A DNA stretch of 64,000 bases from an uncultured Erysipelotrichia bacterium (GCA_964593055.1 CAZQIG010000005.1:40167-104166), one strand, 5' to 3'; positions 42,886 to 55,606 are shown, counted from the first letter of the stretch. Notes: generated from the sequence alone by a model not told the origin. Numbers and translations are program-made.

Positions 42886-44618
42886 TACAGCACCTCCTTA
42901 CCTTTTTGTGTTTCAAATATTTCTTGATACACTTTAGATTTTTCTAATAACTCACGATGCGTACCAGTTGCAATTAAATGTCCATTATCTAAAACTAAGA
43001 TTTTATCAGCATCAATTATTGAAGAAATTTTTTGCGAAATAATTACCTTAGTTACACCTTCATAACTATTTTGCAATCCTTCTTTAACAAGCTTTTCACT
43101 TTTTGCATCAAGTGCTGAGGTTGAATCATCTAAGATTAAGATTTTCGGTATTGAAACTAATCCACGTGCTATTGAAATTCGTTGTTTTTGTCCACCAGAA
43201 TAATTATTCCCTCGTTGCATAATTATCGAATTATAACCTAAATCCATCGTACTAACAAATTGCTTTGCTTGTGAAATAGTTGCTGCATAATCAACTTCAT
43301 CTAAAGAAGCATCCAACTTCCCTTCACGAATACTTTCAGCTATTGTTCCAGAAAACAAAATAGGTCTTTGTAAAACATAAGAAACCGAATCACGTAAAGT
43401 TTTTTTCGGTAAACTCTTAATGTTGTGACCTCCTAATAAAATTTCTCCTTCATTCACATCAAATAAGCGTGAAATTAAATTAACTAATGTTGATTTACCA
43501 CTACTAGTTGCTCCGATGATACCTAAGGTCATTCCTTCTTTAACGCTAAATGTTACATTATGAAGAGCATGCTCTTCTTCTTTTGGATATTGAAAAGAAA
43601 CATTTCTAAATTCAATATCACCTTTTATTTTTGAAACACCATTTTCTGGATATTTTAATAATGGCTCATATTGTAAAATTTCTGCTACACGTTTATTAGA
43701 AGTTGCTGCTCGACCTGCGGCCATCATCATAAAGCCACCAATTAATAACGCAAACATAATTTGCATTAAGTAATTAATAAAAGAAACAACATCACCAATT
43801 ATTTCTGGATGTTCTACAGCGTATTCTTTTGAAAAGAAGATTACTAAAACAATCGCAAAATTAGAAATAAACATTATCACAGGTACTAAAAATGAAAAAT
43901 TCTTTCCAATTGTAAAATTAATTTTTGCTAATGCTTGACTTTCTTCTTCAAATTTAGCAATTTCTTTTTCTTCTTGAACAAAAGATTTAACTACACGTAC
44001 TCCTTCAAAATTTTCTTTAACGACACGATTTAAATTATCAACACGTTTTTGATATATTTTAAAGCGCGGAAAAGTTATTTTATTAATCAAAATTAGTGCA
44101 ATAAGAACAACAACAATTTCTAAAATAATTATCCACCAAAATTGAGGTAAAACACTCATAGCTAAAATAAATGAAAAAATAAATAATAGCGGTACTCTAA
44201 TTAATGATTGAAAAACTAAAATAATTAAGTTTTGAATTTGTGTTAAATCATTTGTTAAGCGAACAATTAACTTTGATGATTCAAAAGCTTCAATATCAAC
44301 ATATGAAAATGATTGAATTTTTTTAAAAGCATCATAACGCATATCTGCACCGACTCTTTGAGAAATATTTGCTGCAATCATCGTATTAAAAATACCAGCA
44401 ATTAAAGCAATAATCGCTAATATAATTAAAATACCACCGTAATAATTAATTATTTCTTGATTAGGTTCTGGAATTCCTGCATCACTAACATTTAAAAGCC
44501 CCTCATTGATAATAACTTCTAAAATACGTGGTTGTAAAAGTGTAGCAGCAACTATAACTACTACTAAAAAAATTGAGATAATCGCCAATGTACGATATTT
44601 TTTTATATAACTTAACAT
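42885..44618 (-). CDS. ABC exporter half-transporter (TMD-NBD), partner A
   Basis: 577 aa. Walker A GATSSGKST, signature YSGGQKQRISIAR, Walker B ILILDDSTS. Its stop overlaps the partner B start by 1 nt. Confidence 0.9.
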   Translation of the reverse strand: MLSYIKKYRTLAIISIFLVVVIVAATLLQPRILEVIINEGLLNVSDAGIPEPNQEIINYYGGILIILAIIALIAGIFNTMIAANISQRVGADMRYDAFKKIQSFSYVDIEAFESSKLIVRLTNDLTQIQNLIILVFQSLIRVPLLFIFSFILAMSVLPQFWWIIILEIVVVLIALILINKITFPRFKIYQKRVDNLNRVVKENFEGVRVVKSFVQEEKEIAKFEEESQALAKINFTIGKNFSFLVPVIMFISNFAIVLVIFFSKEYAVEHPEIIGDVVSFINYLMQIMFALLIGGFMMMAAGRAATSNKRVAEILQYEPLLKYPENGVSKIKGDIEFRNVSFQYPKEEEHALHNVTFSVKEGMTLGIIGATSSGKSTLVNLISRLFDVNEGEILLGGHNIKSLPKKTLRDSVSYVLQRPILFSGTIAESIREGKLDASLDEVDYAATISQAKQFVSTMDLGYNSIIMQRGNNYSGGQKQRISIARGLVSIPKILILDDSTSALDAKSEKLVKEGLQNSYEGVTKVIISQKISSIIDADKILVLDNGHLIATGTHRELLEKSKVYQEIFETQKGKEVL

Positions 44619-45217
44619 TCTATTTTCCCACTTCCATACTGCAATATTTTTAAAAAATGCTTATATTTATTAATTGCTTCTTCTCTACTAAGACGTTTTA
44701 GATGTAAATTAGCAAAAATATAACCATATTTATAGGCATTACTTGTTACTAGTAATTGCTCTAGCATTTCTTTATCATTATTTATTAGTCTATCAAAATT
44801 CTTTTCTATAAGCAAATACATTAACTTTTCCATATTCTGATCAAACATTTGATATTTTAAATATGGATTAATGTAGCGAAATGTTTTTTTAATAAAATTA
44901 CTATATTTTTGATCATCAAAAGCATTTAATTCCAAAAGTAAAACTTCATTTAAATAACTCCAAAAATCATCACTATTTTCTAAAATCTTTAATTTATCTT
45001 GAAATATCTTTTCGTTTAAAACGCTAAACAAATATGTAACTACATCTTCTAAATTTTCAAAATATTGATAAAAACTTCCTCGTGGTATTTGACAAGCTAC
45101 TACAACTTTAGCAATTGTAACATCATAAAATTCATTATCTGAATATGTTTGATAAATATTTTCCACTATTTTTGCTTGCTTTTCTATATTTAGATTAAAA
45201 AAAGTATCTTTAGGCAT
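44612..45217 (-). CDS. TetR/AcrR-family transcriptional repressor
   Basis: N-terminal HTH VTIAKVVVACQIPRGSFYQYFENLEDV. Overlaps the first exporter gene by 7 nt. Confidence 0.8.
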   Translation of the reverse strand: MPKDTFFNLNIEKQAKIVENIYQTYSDNEFYDVTIAKVVVACQIPRGSFYQYFENLEDVVTYLFSVLNEKIFQDKLKILENSDDFWSYLNEVLLLELNAFDDQKYSNFIKKTFRYINPYLKYQMFDQNMEKLMYLLIEKNFDRLINNDKEMLEQLLVTSNAYKYGYIFANLHLKRLSREEAINKYKHFLKILQYGSGKIEC

Positions 45218-45228
45218 CCAATCCTCCT

Positions 45229-45275
45229 TATGACATTATGTCATAGATGATACACTATAATCTTTCCAATGTCAA
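45229..45275 (-). promoter_or_regulatory. promoter TTGACA-17-TATCAT plus 17-bp perfect palindrome TATGACAT-T-ATGTCATA (putative TetR operator)
   Basis: Palindrome at 45229-45245, directly downstream of the -10 (45247-45252) and covering the predicted start site. -35 at 45270-45275. Confidence 0.6.
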
Positions 45276-45282
45276 TAAATAT

Positions 45283-45311
45283 AAATTAAAATAAAAAAGA
45301 CATTAGTCTTT
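45283..45311 (-). terminator. intrinsic terminator of aspS
   Basis: AAAGAC-UAAU-GUCUUU (the stop codon lies in the loop) followed by UUUAUUUU. Confidence 0.6.
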
Positions 45312-47051
45312 TTTTATTTCAATATGTAATTCATCTAATTGTTCATTAGCTACTTTATTTGGTGAATCCATTAATAAACAACGTGCCTTTTGTGTTTTTG
45401 GAAAAGCAATTACATCGCGAATATTTTCTGTATTGGCAATTGACATTACAATACGATCTAAACCAAAAGCAATTCCTCCATGTGGTGGTGTCCCATACTT
45501 TAAAGCTTCTAACAAGAATCCAAATTGTTCTTGTAGCTCTTCTTCAGAAAAACTTAAAGCTTTAAAAACTTCGGCTTGTTCTTCTTGGTTACTAATTCTA
45601 ATTGACCCCCCACCTAGTTCTTGTCCATCTAAAACTAAATCATAAGCTTGAGCAATACAAGCTTTAGGATTTTCTACTATTAAAGCTAAATCTTCTTTAC
45701 GTACTGCTGTAAATGGATGGTGTGCAGATTTATAGCGCTTATTTTCTTTATCGTATTCAAATAATGGAAAATCAGTAATCCACACAAATTTATGTTCTTT
45801 TCTTATTAAATCTAAATCTTTAGCAACAGCTAATCTAATTGCTCCTAAAGCTTGACAAGCAATTTTATTTTCACTCGAAACAATTAAAATTAAATCATTA
45901 TTTTCCAACTTAAATGCTTTTTTTAAAGTATTTAATTCTAATGTACTAACGACTTTCTTAATCGAACCCATAAAGTCATCATCTTCATATTTTAACCATG
46001 CTAACCCTTGAGCATTTTCCCTCTTAGCAAGCTGTGTTAAAACATCTAACTTTTTACGTGAATACTTATCAGCCCCATTTTTAACAATGACAGCTTTTAT
46101 AACACCTTCATTTTGAAGAGTTTCTTGAAAAACACGAAAATCGGTATCTATGAATATTTCTGTTAAATCTTCAATTAACATTTCAAAACGCAAATCAGGT
46201 TTATCAGAACCATATTTATTAAGTGCTACTTCATAAGTCATTCTTTGAATTGGTAACTCAACATCATAGTTTTTAACTCGCTTAAACAAAGTCTTGATTA
46301 AATTTTCACTCATCTCTATAACATCTTCTTGTGTAACAAAACTTTCTTCAATATCAAGCTGTGTAAACTCTGGTTGACGATCTGAACGTAAATCTTCATC
46401 ACGAAAACATTTTACGATTTGATAATATTTTTCTAACCCACCAATCATCAATAATTGTTTGAAAATTTGTGGTGATTGTGGCAAAGCAAAAAACTCTCCT
46501 TTGTGAACTCTTGAAGGAACTAAATAATCACGCGCACCTTCGGGTGTAGATTTACCAAGGATGGGTGTTTCAATCTCAACAAATTGTCGCTCGTATAGAT
46601 AATCACGAATTACTTTATAAACTTCATTTCTAATACGTAAAAAATCACTCGCTTTTTTTCGACGTAAATCTAAATAACGATATTTTAAACGTGTTTGCTC
46701 TAAAGCATCAATATCTTCAGCAATTGTAATTGGTGGTAACTCTGCCGTATTTAAGACAACCAAATTACTAACAATTACTTCAATGTCACCCGTAAAAATA
46801 TTTTTATTTTTACTTTCACGCTCAATTACAATACCTTCTACATATATAACGTATTCTTGCTTAATCGCTGATGCTTTTTCATAGAAAGGATTATCTGGTT
46901 TAACAACAATTTGTGTTATACCTTCTTTATCACGTAAATCGATAAAAAGCATGCCCCCTAAATTACGCGTTTTGGCTACCCAACCGCGAAGTCTTACTTC
47001 TTCATTAAGATGGTTAATATTCAATTCATTATTGTGATGTGTTCTTTTCAT
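45303..47051 (-). CDS. aspS: aspartate--tRNA ligase
   Basis: 582 aa. OB-fold N-terminus (LRGWVAKTRNLGGMLFIDLRD), class II motifs FRDEDLRSDRQPEFTQLD and GGIAFGLDR. Confidence 0.95.
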   Translation of the reverse strand: MKRTHHNNELNINHLNEEVRLRGWVAKTRNLGGMLFIDLRDKEGITQIVVKPDNPFYEKASAIKQEYVIYVEGIVIERESKNKNIFTGDIEVIVSNLVVLNTAELPPITIAEDIDALEQTRLKYRYLDLRRKKASDFLRIRNEVYKVIRDYLYERQFVEIETPILGKSTPEGARDYLVPSRVHKGEFFALPQSPQIFKQLLMIGGLEKYYQIVKCFRDEDLRSDRQPEFTQLDIEESFVTQEDVIEMSENLIKTLFKRVKNYDVELPIQRMTYEVALNKYGSDKPDLRFEMLIEDLTEIFIDTDFRVFQETLQNEGVIKAVIVKNGADKYSRKKLDVLTQLAKRENAQGLAWLKYEDDDFMGSIKKVVSTLELNTLKKAFKLENNDLILIVSSENKIACQALGAIRLAVAKDLDLIRKEHKFVWITDFPLFEYDKENKRYKSAHHPFTAVRKEDLALIVENPKACIAQAYDLVLDGQELGGGSIRISNQEEQAEVFKALSFSEEELQEQFGFLLEALKYGTPPHGGIAFGLDRIVMSIANTENIRDVIAFPKTQKARCLLMDSPNKVANEQLDELHIEIKKD

Positions 47052-47060
47052 AACTTTCTC

Positions 47061-47498
47061 CTAAAAATTTAAAATAAGTGTAACTGGTCCATCATTTACT
47101 AATTCAATTTGCATATTTGCTGCAAAAACACCAGATTTAACTCTTATTTCTTGATTTTGAAATTCACTAATCAATTCATGATACAACTCTTGAGCTCTTG
47201 TTGGTGCCAAAGCCTCGATAAAAGATGGACGATTTCCTTTATGACACTCACCATAAAGCGTAAACTGAGAAATAGCTAAAACTTCATAATCTAAGTCATT
47301 TAAACTTAAATTCATCTTACCATTATCATCTTCAAAACAACGTAGTAAGTTGATTTTTCGTACAACTTGCTTTAAATCTACATCCTCATCTTCTTTTCCA
47401 AATCCTACTAGTAGTAGTAACCCATTTTTAATAGCTGCATGCTCATGATTATCGATAATACAACGCGCATGCTTTACTCTTTGAAGAATAATTTTCAT
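47061..47498 (-). CDS. dtd: D-aminoacyl-tRNA deacylase
   Basis: 145 aa. MKIILQRV N-terminus, SQFTLYG and NDGPVT motifs. Confidence 0.95.
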   Translation of the reverse strand: MKIILQRVKHARCIIDNHEHAAIKNGLLLLVGFGKEDEDVDLKQVVRKINLLRCFEDDNGKMNLSLNDLDYEVLAISQFTLYGECHKGNRPSFIEALAPTRAQELYHELISEFQNQEIRVKSGVFAANMQIELVNDGPVTLILNF

Positions 47499-49651
47499 TT
47501 TATTACCCTTTCTACATTTAAAATGCCACGAACTTTACGTAAATTAGTAACAATTTTATGTAAATGATCGAGATCTTTTACTAAAATAGAAATATTGATA
47601 ATACGCATACTAAATGACATATATGAATTAATATCAGAAACATTAGCACTACTTGCCATAAAAACATTTAATACGTTAGCAAGTAATCCCGAACGCTCTA
47701 CACTAGAAATAAGTAAATAAGTTTCATAATAACCTGAAGGGTCATCAGCCCAAGCCACATTTATTTTACGATTACTTTCCAAACTCTTTAAATTAGGACA
47801 AGAAGTTAAGTGCACTTTAATAACTCCATTTTTAGAAATATAACCGATAATTTCATCACCTGGTATTGGACGACAACATTTAGAAAGCTCAAGTGGTAAA
47901 TTATCAACACCTGGTACAATGACTCCTTGTTTAGTACGATAATTCTTAGAAATTTTAATAACATCTTCATCTTCATGTTTTAAACCATTAACATATTTGT
48001 CAAAAATATTTTCTATTTTACAATTTCCATAGCCAATACAAGCAAATAATTCATCCAAAGTAGTTAATTTAAATTGCTTTAAAAACTCTTCTAAATCTTC
48101 ATGGTGTGTAAAATCATTAAATGAAACACCTTTCGTATTAAAATAACGGCGTAGATTTTCAATACCAGTTTCAATAGCCTCATCACGATGAGAAACTTTC
48201 AAAAATTGCTTGATTTTCGATTTAGCTGCTGATGATTGCACAATATCTAACCAATCTATACTTGGACCAAAAGAATTGTTATTAGTAATTATCTCTACAA
48301 CATCACCTGTTTTTAATTTATAGTTAATAGGTACCATAATTCCATTAACTTTAGCGCCCGTCATTTTATGACCAACTTCTGTATGAATTTTATAAGCAAA
48401 ATCAATTGGTGTAGAATTAAATGGTAAATGAATTGTTTTTCCATCAGGTGTAAAGACATAGACTATAGAACTAAAAATATCTGTTTTAATCGCTTCAATA
48501 AATTCGGCTGAATCATATTCTTCTTGATTCAAATTAATCATATTTCTAAACCACGATAATTTTTCTTCAATTTCTTGTTGCTCATCTAAAGCTGTTTTAG
48601 GCATATTTTCTTTATATGACCAATGTGAAGCAATCCCTTGTTCAGCAGTTTCATGCATTCGTTCTGTTTTAATTTGTATTTCAAATAAACGTCCACTTTG
48701 ACCGATAATAGTCGTATGTAATGCTTGATACATGTTTGGTTTTGGCGTTGAAATATAGTCTTTAAATCGCTTCGGAATCGGACGATAATTTTCATGAATA
48801 AGACCTAATGTCAAGTAACAGTCATACGTTTTTTTGACAATTATGCGGATTGCAATCAAATCATATATTTCTTCAATTGTTTTATTTTTATCATGCATTT
48901 TTTTATAAACGCTATATAAACTCTTAACACGACCTTCGATTGTATATTCAATATTATTCTCGTTTAAAACACGTTCTAAGTTTTCTTTAACATCTTCTAA
49001 AGCTTCACTTCGATTACGATTAGTCGTTTCTAAAAGATCTTCAATTTGCTTATATACCGCTGGTTTTAAATACAATAAACTTAAATCTTCTAATTCATTT
49101 TTAAAAGAATAAATACCTAACCTATGTGCAATAGGTGCAAATATTTCCAGTGTTTCATTAGCTATTTTTCTTTGCTTTTCAACAGGTAAATTATTTAAAG
49201 TACGCATATTATGCAAGCGATCAGCTAATTTAATCACAATTACGCGTACATCTTTAATCATTCCAATAATTAACTTCTTATGATTTTCAATTAAAGCTTC
49301 TGATTGAGTAGAAAACTTTATCATCCCAATCTTAGTTACACCTTCAACTAAATTAGCAATTTCTGTTGAAAACTCTTCTTCAACATCTTGATATGTTACA
49401 GGAGTATCTTCAATAATATCATGCATTAAAGCAGCGGCTATCGTAGATGGTCCTACTTGTAAAGAAGATAAAATAATCGCTACATTAATTGGATGCGTAA
49501 TATAATCTTCCCCACTTTTACGATATTGCCCAGTATGATGATTTTTAGCATACAAATAAGCCTTTTCAATAATTGATAAGTTCTCTTCTTTTACCATATA
49601 TTTTTGTAATTGCTTCACTAACTCTTCATATAACTCCGCATCTTTTTGCAT
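47495..49651 (-). CDS. rel: bifunctional (p)ppGpp synthetase/hydrolase
   Basis: 718 aa. HD hydrolase motif HDIIEDT, synthetase region (YRPIPKRFKDYISTPKPNMYQALHTT), TGS and ACT-like C-terminus. Confidence 0.95.
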   Translation of the reverse strand: MQKDAELYEELVKQLQKYMVKEENLSIIEKAYLYAKNHHTGQYRKSGEDYITHPINVAIILSSLQVGPSTIAAALMHDIIEDTPVTYQDVEEEFSTEIANLVEGVTKIGMIKFSTQSEALIENHKKLIIGMIKDVRVIVIKLADRLHNMRTLNNLPVEKQRKIANETLEIFAPIAHRLGIYSFKNELEDLSLLYLKPAVYKQIEDLLETTNRNRSEALEDVKENLERVLNENNIEYTIEGRVKSLYSVYKKMHDKNKTIEEIYDLIAIRIIVKKTYDCYLTLGLIHENYRPIPKRFKDYISTPKPNMYQALHTTIIGQSGRLFEIQIKTERMHETAEQGIASHWSYKENMPKTALDEQQEIEEKLSWFRNMINLNQEEYDSAEFIEAIKTDIFSSIVYVFTPDGKTIHLPFNSTPIDFAYKIHTEVGHKMTGAKVNGIMVPINYKLKTGDVVEIITNNNSFGPSIDWLDIVQSSAAKSKIKQFLKVSHRDEAIETGIENLRRYFNTKGVSFNDFTHHEDLEEFLKQFKLTTLDELFACIGYGNCKIENIFDKYVNGLKHEDEDVIKISKNYRTKQGVIVPGVDNLPLELSKCCRPIPGDEIIGYISKNGVIKVHLTSCPNLKSLESNRKINVAWADDPSGYYETYLLISSVERSGLLANVLNVFMASSANVSDINSYMSFSMRIINISILVKDLDHLHKIVTNLRKVRGILNVERVIK

Positions 49652-49663
49652 GAAATCACCCCT

Positions 49664-50179
49664 TTAATAATTGACTAAACTTAAAATATCATATCCATCT
49701 AATAGTTTTCTACCACCCAGTTCATCTAATTCAATCACAAATGCTAACCCACATACTTCTCCACCTAAACGTTTTATCAAATCGATACTAGCTAAAATTG
49801 TTCCACCTGTTGCTAATAAATCATCGACGATTACTACTTTATCACCTTTTTTAATAGCATCTTGATGCATGCATAAAGTATTTGTTCCATATTCTAACTC
49901 ATATTCTACAAAAATAGTTTCACGTGGAAGCTTATTAGGTTTACGCACAGGAATAAAAGGTATTCCTAAACTATAAGCTACGGGTGTTCCAAAAATAAAT
50001 CCTCGCGCCTCTGGACCGACAATCTTTGTGGCACCGCTTTTTTGACAAAAATCTTTTAAAGCATCAATTGTATACTTAAATGCTTCTCCATCACCTATTA
50101 ATGTTGTAATATCTCTAAAAATTACACCTTCTACTGGATAATTATCAATTCTTTCAATATGCTCTTTTAAGTTCATCAT
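49664..50179 (-). CDS. apt: adenine phosphoribosyltransferase
   Basis: 171 aa. PRPP motif VVIVDDLLATGGT. Confidence 0.95.
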   Translation of the reverse strand: MMNLKEHIERIDNYPVEGVIFRDITTLIGDGEAFKYTIDALKDFCQKSGATKIVGPEARGFIFGTPVAYSLGIPFIPVRKPNKLPRETIFVEYELEYGTNTLCMHQDAIKKGDKVVIVDDLLATGGTILASIDLIKRLGGEVCGLAFVIELDELGGRKLLDGYDILSLVNY

Positions 50180-50187
50180 GCTCTCCT

Positions 50188-52413
50188 CTACAATTCGACT
50201 TCGTGAACTTCATCACTTAAGTCAAATAAACTATTTTTTTTCTTTTCACTACTATATCCATTTCTAAACATCTTCAACCAAACTTGTGAAGCGATAAAAA
50301 TTGAAGAATAAGTCCCTGCAATTAACCCAACTAATAAAGCGATATTAAATTCTAAAATTTCACTAGAACCAAATAAAATTAGACAAATAACAGGTAATAG
50401 TGCTGTAATTGAAGTATTAATTGAACGCATTAAAGTTGAGCTTAAACTATGATTAACAACTTCTTCTAATTCTTCATAAGTTAGTGTCGTTTTACGTTTA
50501 GTTAACTTATTATTTAAACTATCTCGAATACGGTCAAAAATAACAATTGTATCATTAATGGAATATCCTAAAATAGCTAATAATGCTGCAATAATCGTAC
50601 CATTTAATTCGAGCTTAAATAATCCAAAAATCGCTAACACTATTAATAAATCATGAAATAAAGCAATCAAAGCTGCAAAAGCAAAAGATTTTTTAAAACG
50701 TATTGTAATATAAATAACCATTAAGAAGAATCCTAATAATAAAGAAATAAGCGCGTTACGCAAAAGTTGTTTTCCGATTGCAGGACTAACTTTATTAATA
50801 ATAACTTCACTTCCATAATTTTCATCAGTATAATTTGTTATCGAAGTTATTTCATCTTCATTCATCACTTCATTAATTCGAACATTACCAACACCTTCAC
50901 TACTAACATAGTTGCTACTAACTACTTCATAACTTTTATCAATATCAGTAACATATTTTTTAAAAACTGCTTCTGTTTGATTAATCGTAATACTCGTACC
51001 ACTCGTAAAGTCAACTCCTAAGTTAAACCCACGAATAAAACCACTACTCATACCAATTACAATTATTGTAACTGACACAATAAACATTTTCTTAGCATGT
51101 TTAACAAAATCACGATTTTTAACTTCTTGATCTCTATAACCAACAAATATTTTCTCACTTTTATTGAAAACATTGCTATTTACTAATAATTTGATAATAA
51201 AACGCGTCAATAAAATAATTACTACAAAAGTTACAAAAATATTAATAATAAACATTGTTGCAAATCCTTTAATGCTACTTTGTCCAAAAATATACAAAAT
51301 AATTGCAATAATTAAAGTTGTAATATTGGCATCTAAAATAGTTGTAAATGATTTCTTTGTTCCATTAGCAAACGCTTGCTTAATTCCTAACCCACTTGAA
51401 AGTTCTTCTTTTATACGTTCATAAGTTATAACACTAGCATCAATACTCATTCCAACCCCAATTACTAAAGCTGCAAAACTCGGTAGTGATAAAACTCCTC
51501 CCAGTAAATAAAACAGTAAAAAGACAACATACGTATAAGCAATAATTGCAAAAGATGAAATCAACCCTGCTAAACGATAAAAAATTGTCATATAAGCCAT
51601 TACGATAATAATCCCTACAATCGCACTTAAAATAGAAGCTTTTAAAGCAATATCTCCAAAACTAGCACCTACTGTTGTAATATATTCTTCAACTAGATTA
51701 ACTCTTAAAGATCCCGAATTAATTAATTGCACTAATATTTCTGCATCTTCTTTTGTAACTCCTGTAATAATAGCATCTCCATTAATACCAGAACTAACAT
51801 AAGCATCAGAAATACAGTTTGAAGTCGAAAAATTACCACACGATACCTGCTCTTCTAAATAGTTATTTACTTCGCTATCAAAATCTAACCACACAGGCAT
51901 TTGATTATTTGGTGTTAATGAAGCAATATAACTTGTTTTTTCGTAAAACAAACTTTTATCAGCTACTGCAAGTTGTACTGCTGGACGACCAAGTTGGTCA
52001 GTTGAAGCAGTTGCTGGTTTTTCTTTTAAAACATCAGCTGACATCACTAAGTTATCTTGATAATCACGAAAAGATAATACTGCTGTTGAGCCAAGAATTC
52101 TTCTTGCTTCATTTTGATCACTAGCTCCCGGTAATTGAATACGAATGTAATTATCACCTTCTTGAACAATATATGGTTCACTTAATCCTAACCCATTAAC
52201 ACGTAAATTTAAGGTAGCAATTGTTGAATCCATATCATCTTGTGTTAAGTTACCATCAATCGGTTCGACTGAATATAAAATTTCTACGCCCCCACCTAAA
52301 TCAAGTCCTAGTGGGATGTTAGATAATAAAGTAGAAAATGTAAAGTATATACCTACTGAAATTAACAAAATTAAACTAACTGCTGCATAAATACTATTGA
52401 ATTTTTTTTTCAT
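50188..52413 (-). CDS. secDF: protein translocase subunit SecDF (fused)
   Basis: 741 aa. Periplasmic head after TM1, two 6-TM RND-like bundles. Position between tgt and apt. No separate yajC ORF seen. Confidence 0.9.
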   Translation of the reverse strand: MKKKFNSIYAAVSLILLISVGIYFTFSTLLSNIPLGLDLGGGVEILYSVEPIDGNLTQDDMDSTIATLNLRVNGLGLSEPYIVQEGDNYIRIQLPGASDQNEARRILGSTAVLSFRDYQDNLVMSADVLKEKPATASTDQLGRPAVQLAVADKSLFYEKTSYIASLTPNNQMPVWLDFDSEVNNYLEEQVSCGNFSTSNCISDAYVSSGINGDAIITGVTKEDAEILVQLINSGSLRVNLVEEYITTVGASFGDIALKASILSAIVGIIIVMAYMTIFYRLAGLISSFAIIAYTYVVFLLFYLLGGVLSLPSFAALVIGVGMSIDASVITYERIKEELSSGLGIKQAFANGTKKSFTTILDANITTLIIAIILYIFGQSSIKGFATMFIINIFVTFVVIILLTRFIIKLLVNSNVFNKSEKIFVGYRDQEVKNRDFVKHAKKMFIVSVTIIVIGMSSGFIRGFNLGVDFTSGTSITINQTEAVFKKYVTDIDKSYEVVSSNYVSSEGVGNVRINEVMNEDEITSITNYTDENYGSEVIINKVSPAIGKQLLRNALISLLLGFFLMVIYITIRFKKSFAFAALIALFHDLLIVLAIFGLFKLELNGTIIAALLAILGYSINDTIVIFDRIRDSLNNKLTKRKTTLTYEELEEVVNHSLSSTLMRSINTSITALLPVICLILFGSSEILEFNIALLVGLIAGTYSSIFIASQVWLKMFRNGYSSEKKKNSLFDLSDEVHEVEL

Positions 52414-52421
52414 AACTCCTC

Positions 52422-53561
<1,140 letters not shown>

Positions 53562-53568
53562 CTAACTC

Positions 53569-54594
53569 CTACTTAATAAACATTGAATCGCCAAAGGAAA
53601 AAAAGCGGTAATTATAAGCTTTTGCTTCCTCATAAGCTCTAAAAATATTTTCTTTTGTACTAAGTGCACTTACAAGCATCAATAAAGTAGACTTAGGTAA
53701 ATGAAAGTTAGTAATTAATGAAGTAACTACTTTAAACTCATATCCTGGATAAATAAAAATTTCGCTATATCCACTACAAGCTACTAAATCATGATGTTTT
53801 TCATATATCGTTTCTAATACTCGTGTTGATGTTGTCCCTACACTAACAATTCTACACTTATTTTTTAACGCTTTTCGTAAAATACAAGCATTTTTTTCAT
53901 CTAATTCATAATATTCAGCATGCATAATATGATCATCAACATCTTCTACACTCATTGGTCGAAAAGTGCCTAATCCAACGTGTAGAGTAACTTCAGCTAT
54001 TTGAACTCCTTTAGCCCTAAGTTCATTAAAAATTTTATCAGTAAAATGCAACCCCGCTGTTGGAGCAGCAACTGAACCATCAACTTTTGCATAAACTGTT
54101 TGATAACGTTCTTGATCATCTAAAGTTTCATGTATATATGGTGGTAGAGGCATTGTTCCTAACTCTTCTAAAATTTCTAGTAAAATCCCCTCATACGTCA
54201 ATTTAAAACAAAAAATACCATCTTTTAAAATATCAACGCATTTAGCACGCAACAAACCTTCACCAAAAACTACTACTGTACCTATTTTGACTCTTTTACC
54301 TGGCTTTACTAAAGCTTTAACTTGTGGAGTTCTAATTTCATTCAACAATAATAATTCAATTTTTGCTCCACTATCTTCTTTAACACCAAACAATCTTGCT
54401 GGAATCACACGACTATTGTTAATCACTAAGATATCATCTTTTGTTAAATAGTTGGCAATATTTTTAAAATCTTCATGCTTTATTTCGCCAGTAACTTTAT
54501 CTAAAATCAGCAATTTTGAATCACTTCTATGTTCTAGCGGTGTTTGTGCAATATATTTTTCTTCTAATTTATAATCAAAATCAGTTACTTTCAT
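53569..54594 (-). CDS. queA: S-adenosylmethionine:tRNA ribosyltransferase-isomerase
   Basis: [30 protein letters not shown]-terminus, [16 protein letters not shown]. Confidence 0.95.
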   Translation of the reverse strand: MKVTDFDYKLEEKYIAQTPLEHRSDSKLLILDKVTGEIKHEDFKNIANYLTKDDILVINNSRVIPARLFGVKEDSGAKIELLLLNEIRTPQVKALVKPGKRVKIGTVVVFGEGLLRAKCVDILKDGIFCFKLTYEGILLEILEELGTMPLPPYIHETLDDQERYQTVYAKVDGSVAAPTAGLHFTDKIFNELRAKGVQIAEVTLHVGLGTFRPMSVEDVDDHIMHAEYYELDEKNACILRKALKNKCRIVSVGTTSTRVLETIYEKHHDLVACSGYSEIFIYPGYEFKVVTSLITNFHLPKSTLLMLVSALSTKENIFRAYEEAKAYNYRFFSFGDSMFIK

Positions 54595-55598
54595 TCAAAT
54601 AAGGTCTCCTGCTTTTTTATTTTCAAATGCTTATACGCTTCACTCGTAGCAACTCTTCCACGCTGTGTTCTCTTAATCATCCCAATCTGTAATAAATAAG
54701 GTTCATACACATCTTCTAAAGTCGTTTTCTCTTCACCAATTGAAGCAGCAACCGCTTCAACTCCTACTGGTCCTCCACCATATCTTTCAATAATAGCTAG
54801 TAAGTATTCATGATCTGTACGATCTAAACCAAGTTCATCGACTCTTAGACGATTCAAAGAAGTATTACATAATTCGGTTTCAATAATAGTAATATTTTCT
54901 ACAATTGCAAAATCTCTTACTCTTTTAAATAAGCGGTTTGCAATACGTGGTGTTCCACGACTTCTCTTAGCCATAGCTTTTGCTGCTTCTAAATTTATTT
55001 CAAAGTTTAAAACACGTGCTGTTCTTTCAATAATTTGTGTTAATTGTGCAACTGTATAATATTCGAGCTTAGCAACAATTCCAAAGCGATCTCTTAAAGG
55101 TGCACTTATATCTCCTGCCCTAGTTGTCGCACCAACTAATGTAAAATTAGGTAGGTCAACTCTAATTGACTTTGAAGCGCCATCACGAGAATTAATCACA
55201 ATGTCTAAGCAAAAATCTTCCATGGCAGGATATAAAATTTCCTCAATCGTTTTTGGTAAACGATGAATTTCATCAATAAACAGTACGTCACCTTCATCTA
55301 ATGTCGAGAAAATTGCGGCTAAATCCCCACTTTTTTCAATAGTCGGTCCACTAGCATATTTAATATTTGTTCCCATTTCATTAGCGATAATATTTGCTAG
55401 TGTTGTTTTTCCAAGACCCGGCGGACCATATAATAAAACATGGTCAAGTGCTTCATCACGCATCCTCGCCGCTTGTAAAAAAACACTTAGATTTGCTTTC
55501 AATTCATCTTGACCTAAATAATCTTGTAAATATTTTGGTCGTAACTGTAAATCAGAATCATCACTTTTTAAAAAATTACTTGAAATAACTCGTTCCAT
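54591..55598 (-). CDS. ruvB: Holliday junction branch migration helicase RuvB
   Basis: [12 protein letters not shown], Walker [16 protein letters not shown]. Confidence 0.95.
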   Translation of the reverse strand: MERVISSNFLKSDDSDLQLRPKYLQDYLGQDELKANLSVFLQAARMRDEALDHVLLYGPPGLGKTTLANIIANEMGTNIKYASGPTIEKSGDLAAIFSTLDEGDVLFIDEIHRLPKTIEEILYPAMEDFCLDIVINSRDGASKSIRVDLPNFTLVGATTRAGDISAPLRDRFGIVAKLEYYTVAQLTQIIERTARVLNFEINLEAAKAMAKRSRGTPRIANRLFKRVRDFAIVENITIIETELCNTSLNRLRVDELGLDRTDHEYLLAIIERYGGGPVGVEAVAASIGEEKTTLEDVYEPYLLQIGMIKRTQRGRVATSEAYKHLKIKKQETLFE

Positions 55599-55606
55599 TT
55601 ACTCTC

